DNA of 64,000 nt from Takakia lepidozioides (Eukaryota; Plantae; Bryophyta). Below the pieces are notes generated by a model. That model was not told the DNA's origin and did not search any database. It saw only the letters and a list, made by a program, of their open reading frames with translations. The position numbers were made by a program, and so were the translations under genes. The DNA is taken from contig CM060732.1 of the NCBI GenBank assembly GCA_030704615.1, positions 24,056,001 through 24,120,000 on the forward strand, given 5' to 3'. Below are positions 35,199 to 47,274 of this stretch, piece after piece (positions within the stretch are counted from its first letter, which is position 1; the number at the start of each line of letters is the position of its first letter).

Positions 35199-36535
35199 TC
35201 TGGGAGCAGATTACATGAGATGTCAAAGGAACAGGAAGAGCCGGCCAGAACTACCAACTGAACTGTGCAATGTTCGACTTGGTGAACTCGATCCCCCTTG
35301 ATGCAAGCTAATCAACTTTGCCTCTTGTAGAATTGAGCAGGCTGAGGAATCATAGATTAGGATATGAGCATCTGAAATCTTACAGTTCAAGAATCATTTA
35401 TCTTATGCCAAGGTTGTATGTCAATCATGTGAAAAGAATCGCCAGTAATTACCTAACACTTTCAAGCCAGAGTCAGGAAGTAATAAACTCTACTCACTGA
35501 AGTTGTCACTTGTCTTCGATGTCAAACATGGAATGTTCATCGTGGTTTTCTTCCCAGGCAATTACTTCTGATTGGAGTCAAGGATTACTGAGCAAGGTTG
35601 CTTTGTAGAGAGCTTAGACATCATATATAGACATGCCCCATTGCAGAGGATTGATTTTCATGGTAGGTTTAGGTGCTTCAGAGACATGCTTTAGGAGCTA
35701 CATGTTCTCTGAAGCACCTAAATACTAATCCTTTGCAATGAGGCTCACCAGAACTTCTTATCCTCAACCTCAAATTTGAAAATTATAGAAAGACTTGAGA
35801 ACCTCTAAGAGTTAGTAGTCTCCCGAGTTTAGAACGTGAGTACCATAGGAATGTCTTTTAGGAGAAGAATCCTTGTCACCAATACACTGACTAAAACTCG
35901 GCTGAGCTCTGCTGAGCTCTGCTGAACATGGTCGTTCTCCTTAAGCACAGATTTCTAAGCACATAATGCATCATCGCCTGTGTTGTGGTGACCTTCAAGA
36001 CCAATACCTTGTGCATTCTGTACTTAAGCACAGGAAGCCATGCCATGGCAGCAAATCATCATTTGTCTGTTGACTGACCGGGGCAATGTGTCATCTCCAT
36101 CTAGTAGAATACTGTCATATATGGCCAGTTCTTTAAATGGTGAAAACTTCATAATGCTGTATCACAGATGATGATGATGGAGGAGCCTTCCAGCCAGGAC
36201 CCATCTAGGAGTGGACACTAGTCTAGAGTAGGCCAAACAGGGACCCACAAAAGGACGTTTGCAGCCCCTCTCTCACAGGTACGTGCACAAAGATGTTGGG
36301 GAGATCCGCAGTTGATAGTGGAATCATACAGCTTTTCAGGGATGGTCTGACATTTGTGCGTCCTTGGAAGGTTAAAATCTTTTTAGCACTATCCATTCAG
36401 TGGCATCCTCTCTACTGGCCGGCTGCCACAACAGAGCAATCAACCCTTGCAATCAAGTGGAAAGTAGGACCTCATGGTATTGCTCCTAAAAGCGTTTGAT
36501 GAGAAACTCCTGCAGAATGTACATATATACATTGC

Positions 36536-37801
36536 CTAGATTGATGGCATTCTCTCCTCGTTTTGGGGGTCATTGCATGTGTCAAAGTTTTCATACCTTC
36601 GTTGTGACGCGCTTACTAAAAACATGCGGAAGGAGGACATGTCAGGGGGGATTGCAGCTGATACCAAATCTTGACTCAACTCATCAGTCAAGTGTGATAC
36701 AATCTCCATCTCCTCATCACATGTCTCCATCTTTTCATCACCTAGGGAAGGACCGGATGCTGAGGACACAGGTTGAGGCTGCCGAAACTTTTGAAAGTGT
36801 GCTGTCTTTGGGCTGGGAAAGCTCTGAAGCCATGAAATGACTTTGTTCTTTGAAGCCTCCCTGCGTACTGTTGTGATGCCTTCTGCAAATCCTTCGACTA
36901 AACCCTTTGGATACAACTCGGAGTTTGCAGCACAAGACCCCTGCAAGTTATTCATTCCAGGAATGTGCCTGCCTTCCTCTCGAGCATCAATCTCAATCTC
37001 ATTCGCCATAAAGGGCTCGCCTGTTCGCTCCCTGGAGTCCTCGGGAATGGTGGTGATGCGAGAGTGTGCGCCTGCCTTACACATGAGATCTTCCCTCGAT
37101 TTACTTGGGCATACCTTATTGCTAGGCATCAAAGGACTCACTACAATAGTTACCAATTTCGAGCTCGCCTTTCGATTCCTAGTGCATACCGGCCACACTG
37201 AATTCAAACACAACACCCTTCTTGAATTTGTGGAACTTGTGGGATCTCTATCCTCCACCACCTCCCTACGAGCCTTTTGCTCTGAATTCGTGCGGACGAA
37301 TGTCAGCGGATCGGGCCCTCCAACCTTCACTCGTGAACAGTTCTCCACACTAGACTCAAATTCATGCGGAATTTCATGTTTTCCATCCAGCGAAGAAGAC
37401 ACGCTAGGCCTGATCAACTCTTGGAACCTACAAGCAACCCATTCTTTCACACTGGATTTGATTTCACGCGAGATTGGTTCTCCTGTTTCTGGCAGCGATC
37501 CAAAACCCACATGCAAACAAGGGACATATCCACAAGGAAGGGAACTTTGCTTATTTATTCTACGGGAAGCGGGTCCACCCTCCTTCACCTCAATTTTCTT
37601 ACTATCATCTTCCCCCTCATCTTCTGTAATGAAACCATCGTAGTCATCATCATTTTCCCCATGATAATCGATATCCCAGTCAGAATTTTTGGGCACGTGA
37701 TCCTCCCCGCGCCACAAACGATTCAATCTTTCCTGTAAGCATCCTGAGCACACTCCTCCCTCGGATTGGTATCCACGGTGCATCTGACAGAATTCCCACA
37801 T
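36536..37801 (-). CDS. DUF740-like family protein, intronless
   Basis: N-terminal CQMH....GGVCSGCLQERLNRL motif; 421-aa ORF. Confidence 0.75.
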   Translation of the reverse strand: MWEFCQMHRGYQSEGGVCSGCLQERLNRLWRGEDHVPKNSDWDIDYHGENDDDYDGFITEDEGEDDSKKIEVKEGGPASRRINKQSSLPCGYVPCLHVGFGSLPETGEPISREIKSSVKEWVACRFQELIRPSVSSSLDGKHEIPHEFESSVENCSRVKVGGPDPLTFVRTNSEQKARREVVEDRDPTSSTNSRRVLCLNSVWPVCTRNRKASSKLVTIVVSPLMPSNKVCPSKSREDLMCKAGAHSRITTIPEDSRERTGEPFMANEIEIDAREEGRHIPGMNNLQGSCAANSELYPKGLVEGFAEGITTVRREASKNKVISWLQSFPSPKTAHFQKFRQPQPVSSASGPSLGDEKMETCDEEMEIVSHLTDELSQDLVSAAIPPDMSSFRMFLVSASQRRYENFDTCNDPQNEERMPSI

Positions 37802-39507
37802 CGCTAATCACCTCAATGGACGTTGATCTCAGCACCCTGCAAATACCCAAATCTCAAGCACGCATTGCAGGCACCATCACCTCTCTCCTCTTCGGCTTCC
37901 AAACATCTCACCTTGACCTCCACCAATTCCTCACTCTCCTCCCTTCTCTAACTTGCTGTTCAGCGAAAGTATCGCATATCCTCTCCCCCTCTTCTTCCCG
38001 TGCAATCTCAGCAACCTCTAAAGTGATTGGCAAAAGAGGAAAGGGCGCCTCCACAGTGAGAGACAAACGAGACAAAGGTTGTGTAGACACGCAGTCAACA
38101 CGACCTGTCTATCCCTTTTTTCTCTCTCTTCCATCAGTGCAGTGCTACCCACTCTTTTTCATATTTCTTTGATTTTTCACTTCTCATCTTCATTTGTTTT
38201 AAGCAATTTCAAAGCACACACAATATTAAATCCGAGTCGTCATTCTTCGTGCGCGACTTGGGCCAACTGGAACCCACGCCATTTTCCGGAAAACATGCTA
38301 CCTACAATTGGCTCATGTTCTCTTTTGCCTAAATGTGAAGAATCTTCACAGAGGTAATTAATTAACATAACAGACATGCAGCTCAAAGTATCCGATCATG
38401 GGGAGGAAGGCCCGCCATATGAAAAAGACTGGTTCAGAAGGTTGATTCAAATGGTAAGTTCAACGGCATCAAAGTTGACCTCCAAAACAAAATGATATTC
38501 AAGTCTGCCAGGTACCAATTATGGAGTAAGAATCCATGCAGTATGGCTTTATTCATATCTAGTGTGACCCTCCACATTCAAGCTCCACATTCAAGCTGGT
38601 CCCACCGCACGGATAGCATTGCCCATGGCAATGCATATCTAATTAGCTCTACATAGAGAGAAGGATATATAAGCTGCATATATGTGATCAGATGTTTCAG
38701 CACATCTATTGAAATGAAATAGATGATATTGAATGTTCAGGAGGCGAGCTGGAAATCACATCAAGTTGAAATGGGTGTGGTGAGTCGAATGCGTGCAAGA
38801 AGGGACGTGGTCAGCCATGATGCGAGCAGGGGCATGTTTGCCCATCTTCCCAGCAGTCAAAGAGTACATGGCCAGTCTGAGAAATGTCAAAGAGGGGGGC
38901 GTAGATAAGACGCTAAGTTATGTGCGACAATTCCAAAAATGGAGATTCAGGGTGCAAGGGTCCCACCTCAGATTGTGATCACTCTTGAAAGTGTTGGTGG
39001 GTCCAAAGGAAATGCCCAGTCAAGTGGTTCGCAATTTTCGTTTCTTCCCTGGGCCCAGACCATTGAATTTGAACCTACAAGACCCTTACCTGTAGGCACA
39101 ATATACTACCATGCTCGCTATTCAGTGAAGTCCTGCAACCCTTCACCATTTCCAACACCTAGAAGCAATTGCCATGTCTGTCACTTCTCATCTAGATCTC
39201 AAAGACTGGTTCGCAGACAACACTTCCAGCACACTGCAGACAACACTTCCACTGGAGTGTTCCCTCCATAAGCGTTCCCTCAATATCTCTTAACTCTTAA
39301 CCCTCTTTATCTGTTATCATTTTTTACTCCAAAGATTTTGCAAAGCATGTGTTAAGTGTTAGGTGTTATGATGTTTTCTGACTCCCTCCTTTACTAAACA
39401 ACCCTTAATAAGTGGTAATTTTCTTCAACTGCATATATGTATCTTAGGTCATGACGTCATGACATCTGTCGATTAAACATGTTAGCTCTGGATCATTCAA
39501 ACTCTTT

Positions 39508-39630
39508 TTTTCCTTTTTCTTTTTTTTAATTTTTTTTTACAGAACAGGGGGATTGGAGCCCTGGAATATTTATCAAGGTAAGGAAAAAATAACCTTACAG
39601 AAGCCATAAGGCAGATGATAGAGGTACCAC
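39508..39630 (-). mobile_element. 5'-truncated non-LTR retroposon insertion
   Basis: T-rich tail at 39505-39538, 11-bp TSD TCAAACTCTTT (39497-39507, 39631-39641); the GCCCTGGAA end motif is shared with 39770-39800 and 58250-58280. Confidence 0.7.
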
Positions 39631-39759
39631 TCAAACTCTTTAAGTGTTAGATTCTGGTTTTCCAGCTCTGTGAGTGTGATTTTTGAATCTTCTTTCTCTA
39701 CATCTGTTATGATGTTAAATATCTATATGTCTCCCTTTCTCGACCTTTTTTAAAAAAAC

Positions 39760-40230
39760 ATTTATTTTAAAGAACAGTGGCTCTTGCCCTGGAAATTTTA
39801 TTATAATAATTATTTGTGGGGAAAAAAAATAAAATCCCTTGGAACGCCATAGAGGCACACACACCGTAATCAATGAAGGTAATCAATGAAGGTTGAACTG
39901 ACCTCCTAAAAAAAGGAGTATATCACCGTGAGGACTACTAGCATCATCCTTGATGGATGAACAGACTCCGTTGGGTGGTAAAAGAAACTAGACCGATATC
40001 CATCCATGCGTGGATGAGAACCATCCTCTCTGTTTTGGCTTACATGCCGAGAGAAGAAGTGGTTCTTGGAACCCTAAGATATGGCGACTTAGGGGGTCGG
40101 ACTGAACAAGCGAGAGCTCTGTAACCTGCAGACTCCTACATAGTATTGCTGAGTCAACAACTCTTGCTCATTGAAGCATTCCCCCAGTTTGGCAAAACTA
40201 ACCTGCAGAGTAAGTGGAATATCTAGGGAG
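39760..40230 (-). mobile_element. Degraded LINE-like 3' fragment
   Basis: Same 3' end motif as 39540 and 58250; boundaries approximate. Confidence 0.45.
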
Positions 40231-42099
40231 TAAAAAATAATATGGTGCAGATGGAGGCCAACAATTAATCTAGTTGGCTAGTTGATGTATTTTGGGCTAC
40301 TCATTGGTTGAACAGGAAAGTACAAAAGGTGCAGAGAGTGTAACGGTTTGTAATGGTAGCGAACTTTTTCCTATGTGTAGTTGTTGATAAGAGCTTCATG
40401 TTAGTGTTTGTGCTCACAGAGATGGCAACGTCTTTGTTCACTTCTGTTGCTCAGAGTTTGAGAGAAAACAAAAAATAAAGTGGAATTTGAAGCAAGTGTA
40501 ACGACAGAAGCTGTCATGACGTGATTCTGGAGGCCGGCTCGAGGCCGGCTACATCTGCCATCCGATGGTAAAAACCTTTACGACATCAAACAAACTTATG
40601 TGGTTCTAAACCCACAACCACTAACTAGTGAAATGGTAGTATGTTATGCACTAAAACCACTGGTCTATCTGTTGGATGTCCCAGACAGATACATTTGCAA
40701 GGAGAGTTCTTGGTGTAATTTCAAATCGGTATTTTGAGCCAGAGCTGGACATACCATCCGATTATTGAGTGAGTAAATTTTTGATGGTAATGCTACACAA
40801 GATCACAAGAGGCAGCGAGGGTTGTGACCCCAGCAGAGGCAAGAGAGCAAGATCGTAAAATAAGACAAGCATTGTAGGACCGTGCATGGGCTGTGTTAAA
40901 AATCTTATAGAACCTCGAGCACGCTGCAAAGTTCTCCAAGAAGTTGCTCATGTCTGTTTCAAATGCTTCTCCTGCCTCTTTGAGCTGCTTTTCCTTGCTG
41001 CTTTTCAGCGCTGTTTGCACCTTGTCTCTAGTTTTCCTTGGCTCTTGGTTACGGGGCAGTCTCCCCACTGTAAGCCTTCACGGTGGTTATTTTTGGGCTC
41101 CGTCCCTTTGGCGAAAAAAAAACATAAAGAAAGGTAGACACGTTTAGTAGTGAAACGTTGAAATGTTAGTATTCCAGCAATTACTACACTGATGATCAAC
41201 AAAAGTTCCCATTAAGTAGCAACATGGAACGGGGTAAGTACGTTGCTCTACTCTAAACTCGCTATCTCCTCCATCCTCTCAAATCTGAAGTTTGAACTAG
41301 TCTCTCTCCTCCTTTGAATGTCTCAGCGTAACTTAGTGGAGGAGACTGTGATCCTGAACCGCATCATCATCTACCTAAGTTCAGTTTTTCAGCCACATCC
41401 ATCCTGTTGATGCCTTGTATCCTGGCGTTCATTATGATTTCAACCCATTTCTTCTCCATCCACTGATCATCCCTAAGACTGCCCTTAGGTTTCCATCCAC
41501 TCCTAGATTTATGCGATCCCAGACATGTATGGGATTAAGATGTGGAGAGGCTTGACGTTAGCGAACGTTGCTAAGGATAACGCCAATACGACAGCGCCAC
41601 ACAGCGCTGGCGCTTCTTGTGATGGTGGTGTCCAGCAGCGCAGGCATGCTCACCTGCATCGTCGTCTGCATGTTTACCCGCACATTGCACGTGGCGGATT
41701 CAACAATGGAGTAGGATCCTCTGTATGGACATGACTGGGCTTGTGAGCTCTGGAATCGTTGCTGCTGCCTATTTCCTGCGGCATCGATCCTTGCCGGACA
41801 TATAGAAGCTCGTTTGCAAGTTTGTCTGTGTGGGTTCTCCGCAAGTGAACTGGATAAGGTCTGTATGTACACTATTGGACTATTGGACACCTCAAGTGCC
41901 AGTTTCTCTGTTGATTTGGAAGTCGCATGCATGCCAGACGTCTAGATAGGCGAGATTCATATCAAGTAGAAGTTTTAGAGGCGCTTACCTGATCTAGGTT
42001 TGTCTAGAGCTGACATGTATCTCTCTCTGATCTGCAAGGTCCCACCGATCAATGATCACTTCCACAAACTGACAAGCCCCGGCTGTGGAGCGCAACAAG

Positions 42100-45067
42100 A
42101 TGGAGGTCACTACGAAGTTGATTGTGTTGGGTCTGCTGTTCTCATATGTGGGTAGTGCGATGATGCTACCGTCGGAGGCGAAGGAAGGTAAGGGCGCTCC
42201 TCTGATTAATGCTGCGAAGGAAGCTGCCCGTGAGATGACTAGGACTGCCGCAGAATATGCACGAGAATCGGGAGAAGGTATACGGCAGGCCGCTGATGCA
42301 GCTTACCAGGCATCCGCTGAAGCCGCAAGAAAGACAGAACAAGTGGTGGATTTTACTAAAGCAAAGACGGCCCAAGCTGCCCAAGCCGTGAGGGGATCAG
42401 ACAAGGAGGAGTCTTCCTCCATGCCAACTGTCGAATCACTTAAGGCCAAGGCTGGAGCTGCCTCCCATGTAACCGGTAAATTCTTTCAGAGTTTTCATTA
42501 AAAGTACTTGATCAATCGTACCATCAAGTTCCCAGTTGATCGGCTCAAGCGCCGAGGAACAAATTAGGAACTTGTAGAGGATTGAATTCAAGTACCTATA
42601 TAAACTGTAAGTTTTCAGCTGCTACGTGCTCAAAGGTCTGACTTCCTCTTTGATTGCAGACATAGCATGTACAGTATTGCATGTTGAAAGGTAAGGTACG
42701 AGCACACTTAGCGAACTGTGAGCTATGCCAATTATTCGCTCTGATCACAGTTCTAAGCGACAGTGTTTGCGTTAATGCGTAACTTTCTAAGAATTTCAAA
42801 CAATCTACGTCACCATGCTGTCTGACCGTTCATTACATGCATACATTCAAATGTTAGCTCTATGCCTTGCTTCAGGTTGTCCCCCATCTGCTTCCTCGAA
42901 ACCTCTCTTGGTTACTTACTGATCGTGAGTACATGATTACCAATTTGCCTGTCCTGATAAGACTCAAACGTAATACATAAAACTTGAAGATCATAAACTT
43001 AGCAGCTCAGATTATAGGCTATTACAAGTTATACATGTATATTGCTGTTCATTTGATCGATCTGCTGTTTCCTGGACGCTGGCACCTGTAGGGAAATATG
43101 CTGAAGACACACTGTCGTCTGTTAAGGGAAAGACAGCACAAGCCGCACAGGCTGTGAGTGATACTGGACAGCAAGCCGGACAGTGGATGCAGGTCCAAAT
43201 TCGTCACGCTGGAGACCCCTCTGTAAAAATAAATTGGGCAGTACTTGGTAAAATTAATATACGTGCACGAATGTACTGCAGGCTGTTACGCAGCTACTAG
43301 AGATGTATGTACCTACAAGTACTTCATTGAGCTGAAAGATGCTATCTAGAGGGTACCGCAACCACTCTTAGAAACATTGTGGCAACTCATTACCAAAGGT
43401 CCGAAATTCACTAGTATAATCTTATACTTTTGGATGACACAGACAAAGAAAGATGATCAGCAATCACTGCTGTACACGCCTAATTTCAGATTGAGAATTC
43501 ACATCTTGTTGAACTGTTCATGGGGGATGATAGGCTGGCCGCAGGTCGCAAGGCGACTACTTCAAGATGTGTAAGGATAAGCTTGGGAACGTTCTTGAGA
43601 GTTTGGGATGGCGCCTGAACAAGAACTCGCCAAATGATCCTCAGGGAGCGGGAGAAAAGCTGGGATATACTTCAGATTCTTCTGATGGAAATTACGACTG
43701 GGCAAAGGAGAAGCTTGGGAGCATTGTTGAGACGCTCGGATGGCAACCGCAGTCTCTGGGTAAGAACGTTGATCCGAGCAAGCTATCGACTTTTGATATC
43801 GTTGTTGGGAATGTGAAGTATGTCTGGGAAGGAAAACCCAGAGAAGGATGTTACGTAAACAAAGCTGCCGACAGTGTAAAAGGGGCTGCGCAAGGGGTGG
43901 GAGAAAAGCTGGGATTTGGTGGAGACTCTGGCGGTGCATATCAGGAGTGGGCAAAAGATAGGCTTGGAAGCACACTTGAAATATTGGGATGGCAACGCGA
44001 TCCCTTAGACAATGTTGACTTGAGAAAGCTATCGCCTCTTGACATTGTTGTTGGAAAGGTGAGGTATGTGTGGCAAGGGAATTCCTCGGGCTGGCCAGTG
44101 GAGCGTTCGAGGCAATTCGGACGAATGAAAGGTGGAAAACTCCTGCCCTACTGCATGAGAATTCCAGATAGGATCATCTCTTTTCCGCACAGTATGGACA
44201 GTAGGTTGTACTCCAAAGGAGCAGTAGGCAGCAGGTAGCGCCATTGGAAGATCGCCCTCCTCATAAGCAGGAATTTTCAAACTTCTGTAGGGTAGAATGC
44301 GCTTGCAAGCACCGAATTGCACATAGATTCTCACAAAGGGCCTGTGAGATGGGTTTGACAGGTAAAGGTCGGTTGATGCGTGGGTTTGACGCTGTTGTCC
44401 GCCTGCTGCACCTCCTCACGTTCGCCATTGTCTACGGTTCCTCGGTTTGGATGACGTTTATCTCTGGATTTCTGCTTCAAAAGAGTATTCCACGGCAACA
44501 ATTTGGCTATGTGCAGAGTCGCATGTTCCCCACGTATCTCAAGATTGAGGCCGTGGGAGAGGGCTTGCTCGTTATCCTCTACTCCATCATGCAACCGTGG
44601 TCCACGACAGGCAAATCTGAGCGCTGGCAGTTGCTCAACTTGATGTTGACAATTGTTTTCACAGTCGTCAACGCCTACGTCTTGGAACCGCAGACAACAA
44701 AGGTAACAAGAAAGCCTTGTTTGCATTGTTACACCTCGGGAGTCGCAGAAAGCAATCTCTTTATAACCCTCCATTGATATTGATGCGGCAGCTTTGAACA
44801 TTGTCCAAATCTTAGTTAATTTTTAACATATCTTCTTTCGGGCAGGTAATGTTTGAAAGGCTGAAAGTGGAGAAAGAAGAAGGAAGAGGGCAAGATACAG
44901 AAACCGACGAGCCACAGGTCGAACTAGACGATGAAACCGAATCGAAGCTGGCAATTATGAAGGAGAGGTTTAGAATGCTCCATGGCTATTCGACGATTGT
45001 GAATCTGGTTAGTTTGGCAGGTCTGACCTTGCATGCCTGGCACTTGGCACGCCGGCTTGCTATATAA
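42100..45067 (+). CDS. Multi-exon LEA-like / DUF4149 (TMEM205-like) protein; exons about 42100-42475, 43091-43191, 43550-44702 (internal junction uncertain), 44846-45067
   Basis: Signal-peptide-like N-terminus, Ala/Lys/Glu LEA-type repeats, then LLHLLTFAIVYGSSVWMTF...PRQQFGYVQSRMFP...LEPQTTK|VMFER...LHGYSTIVNL; GT-AG junctions. Confidence 0.8.
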
Positions 45068-47274
45068 AAACCAAAGCTCGATGTTTCGTTTCGACTTCAC
45101 ATGGATTTAAAGCGGTTGTAGACCAGATCTTGGCTAAAGGGATGAGGAGTCTGTCTGTAAGCTTCGCAAATTACTAACCAGAACAAATGTCAGTGGGAAG
45201 ATGTTGCCACAAGGTGTTATGCAGTAGACATAATCAGGATGTTTGATACTGATGAAGGATCATTAGCATGTTAGCACACAGAGTTTGCTTCCGTGTAGCA
45301 CTTGAATTGTTGTCGGACGTCTGGATAGGAAATTTCAGTTGATGGGTCATGCGGGAGGGTGAAGGAGCTGCACTGCACAGTTGTGTTATTCTGCCCACCA
45401 CAAGGGGTACTTGTATAGATGTTCAAAGTTTCTGAACAGCACTGTTGCAAAACTTTTTTGTCATGCATTCCGAAAATTTGTGGATATATAAAATAATGTT
45501 AATGTTTTTTCTCATTTCACAGTTCATCTACAGATGCTGCCAAGGAGAAATCATTCTCCTTCCATGGCAGAGTATGTACAAGTATTTGCAATTCCCTAGT
45601 GTCTCTGATTACACTGCATATATACTGAAGGTGCACATGCCATTCCACTGAGAAGGTGCACAGGCAGGCAAAATGTCATTCAACAACTGCAGGAGAGCAG
45701 AGAGGACGTCTCAGAAGCTGGCTGCTATGAATTTGCCGATTACACTTCATGATTTGCACTGGGCACTTCTTCAGCTGCAGCTAAACAAAGTTCTGGTCCA
45801 TGCCCCGAGCTCTGCTGTGTGCGATTTCGTTCCTTGAAAATTTATCGGAGCACTCATCATGTGGGGCTGTTTTATTTCAATAGAAACCCACCGGATGTCA
45901 TGCAAGCACGCCTTCCTCCCCGAGGCGAGCAAATCGAGTGGGAATGACCTCCCCGAAAAACATGAATGAATTCAAACTCTCAACTAAACAATTGCGGGAA
46001 CTTTTAGGCCTTTTTCTTTCCTCAGTTTACATCCCCTTCCGGATGACGGAACTCTTCTTGACGCGCGCCACCATCCTATTAAAATTACCAACTATAGTGA
46101 AACCCGAAACGGGTTCCATAGGCAGTTAAGGGTTCAGCCAAAACATTCATGATATATAATCCTCCTGTTACAGAAAGTGTTCTTAAACTCCTATATTATA
46201 GTGTACAATAGAGATGGCGTGTGGTTGCAGTCCTACTTGTGAATAGAGATGAAGGTTTCGTAGAAGTTGAGACGTTGAGACCATCAAACTGCGGTGCAAT
46301 CTTCAATGGCGCACTTGTTCACACCGGCTGCGGCTCTTGCTTCTCAGGGTGGTCTGATGACCGTGGCTTAGCACGTTCTTGAACTGGACTTGAAGAATAC
46401 TGGACTTTATCCCGGGAAGGGCCGTTGGGTCTGAAACTATTTGCGAGTACCGAGAGAAACTTCAAACTAGTCATTTCACTGTTCAGGATTGTATGTGTAA
46501 TACGATGATCGCAATGACTGTCAAGCCGCATGCTATAAGCCAGAGTCTTACTGGATTTGTCGCCATTGCATGCGCTCAATCTATGAGGCCAAACAGACAG
46601 CCGTTGTGTGCACACACATCTTTGCGATCATAAATTCACGAATACACTTGTGATTTTAGGGTTTACGTGTGAGAGAGACACACTAATGTTAGTACATGTA
46701 TATCCTCAGAAAACGAATCGTACTTCTTCTACAATTTGGATTGAAAAAATCAATTATCCTCCAATTATCGAGATACAAAATATACGTTTTCTGTTGTGGC
46801 GAGGTTGTGGCTGGTCTGGTCTAGGCTAGTCTGCGCTCTGTGAGAGCTGTGAGCATATCATCAGGTTCACAATCCGAGTGCCAATAGGTGTAGCTACGCT
46901 AACCTTGAACAAATCCCAATCTTAGAAAGGGGCCCGGAATTGATCGGTTTGGGAGCTATGTCCTAGTGGAAACCTCTTGGATAGTAACTAGTTTTCCTAC
47001 CTAGGTGTACAATTAGAATGGGGCTGCGTTGTGGGATGAGGCAGACCTGGCCGAGGGCGGTCGACTTTTACCCAAACCCATTCAGCACGTTGAGCTCCGT
47101 TAAATCCTGCCTGAGACCCAATTTGAAGTGGAGTTATTCCTTGATTTGCTGTCGCCTGCCGTGTAGTATTAAAAGCTGCAGGATCTTGCGGCAGTGTTGT
47201 TGCAGGATGAGGGAAGGACTGCACTCGTTGTGTCCATCGATTGTAATCAGGGGTAAATCCTGGCCCGTAACCTT

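Noticed and set aside
36837-37643. 268-aa plus-strand ORF
   Set aside because: Antisense shadow of the DUF740-like gene.
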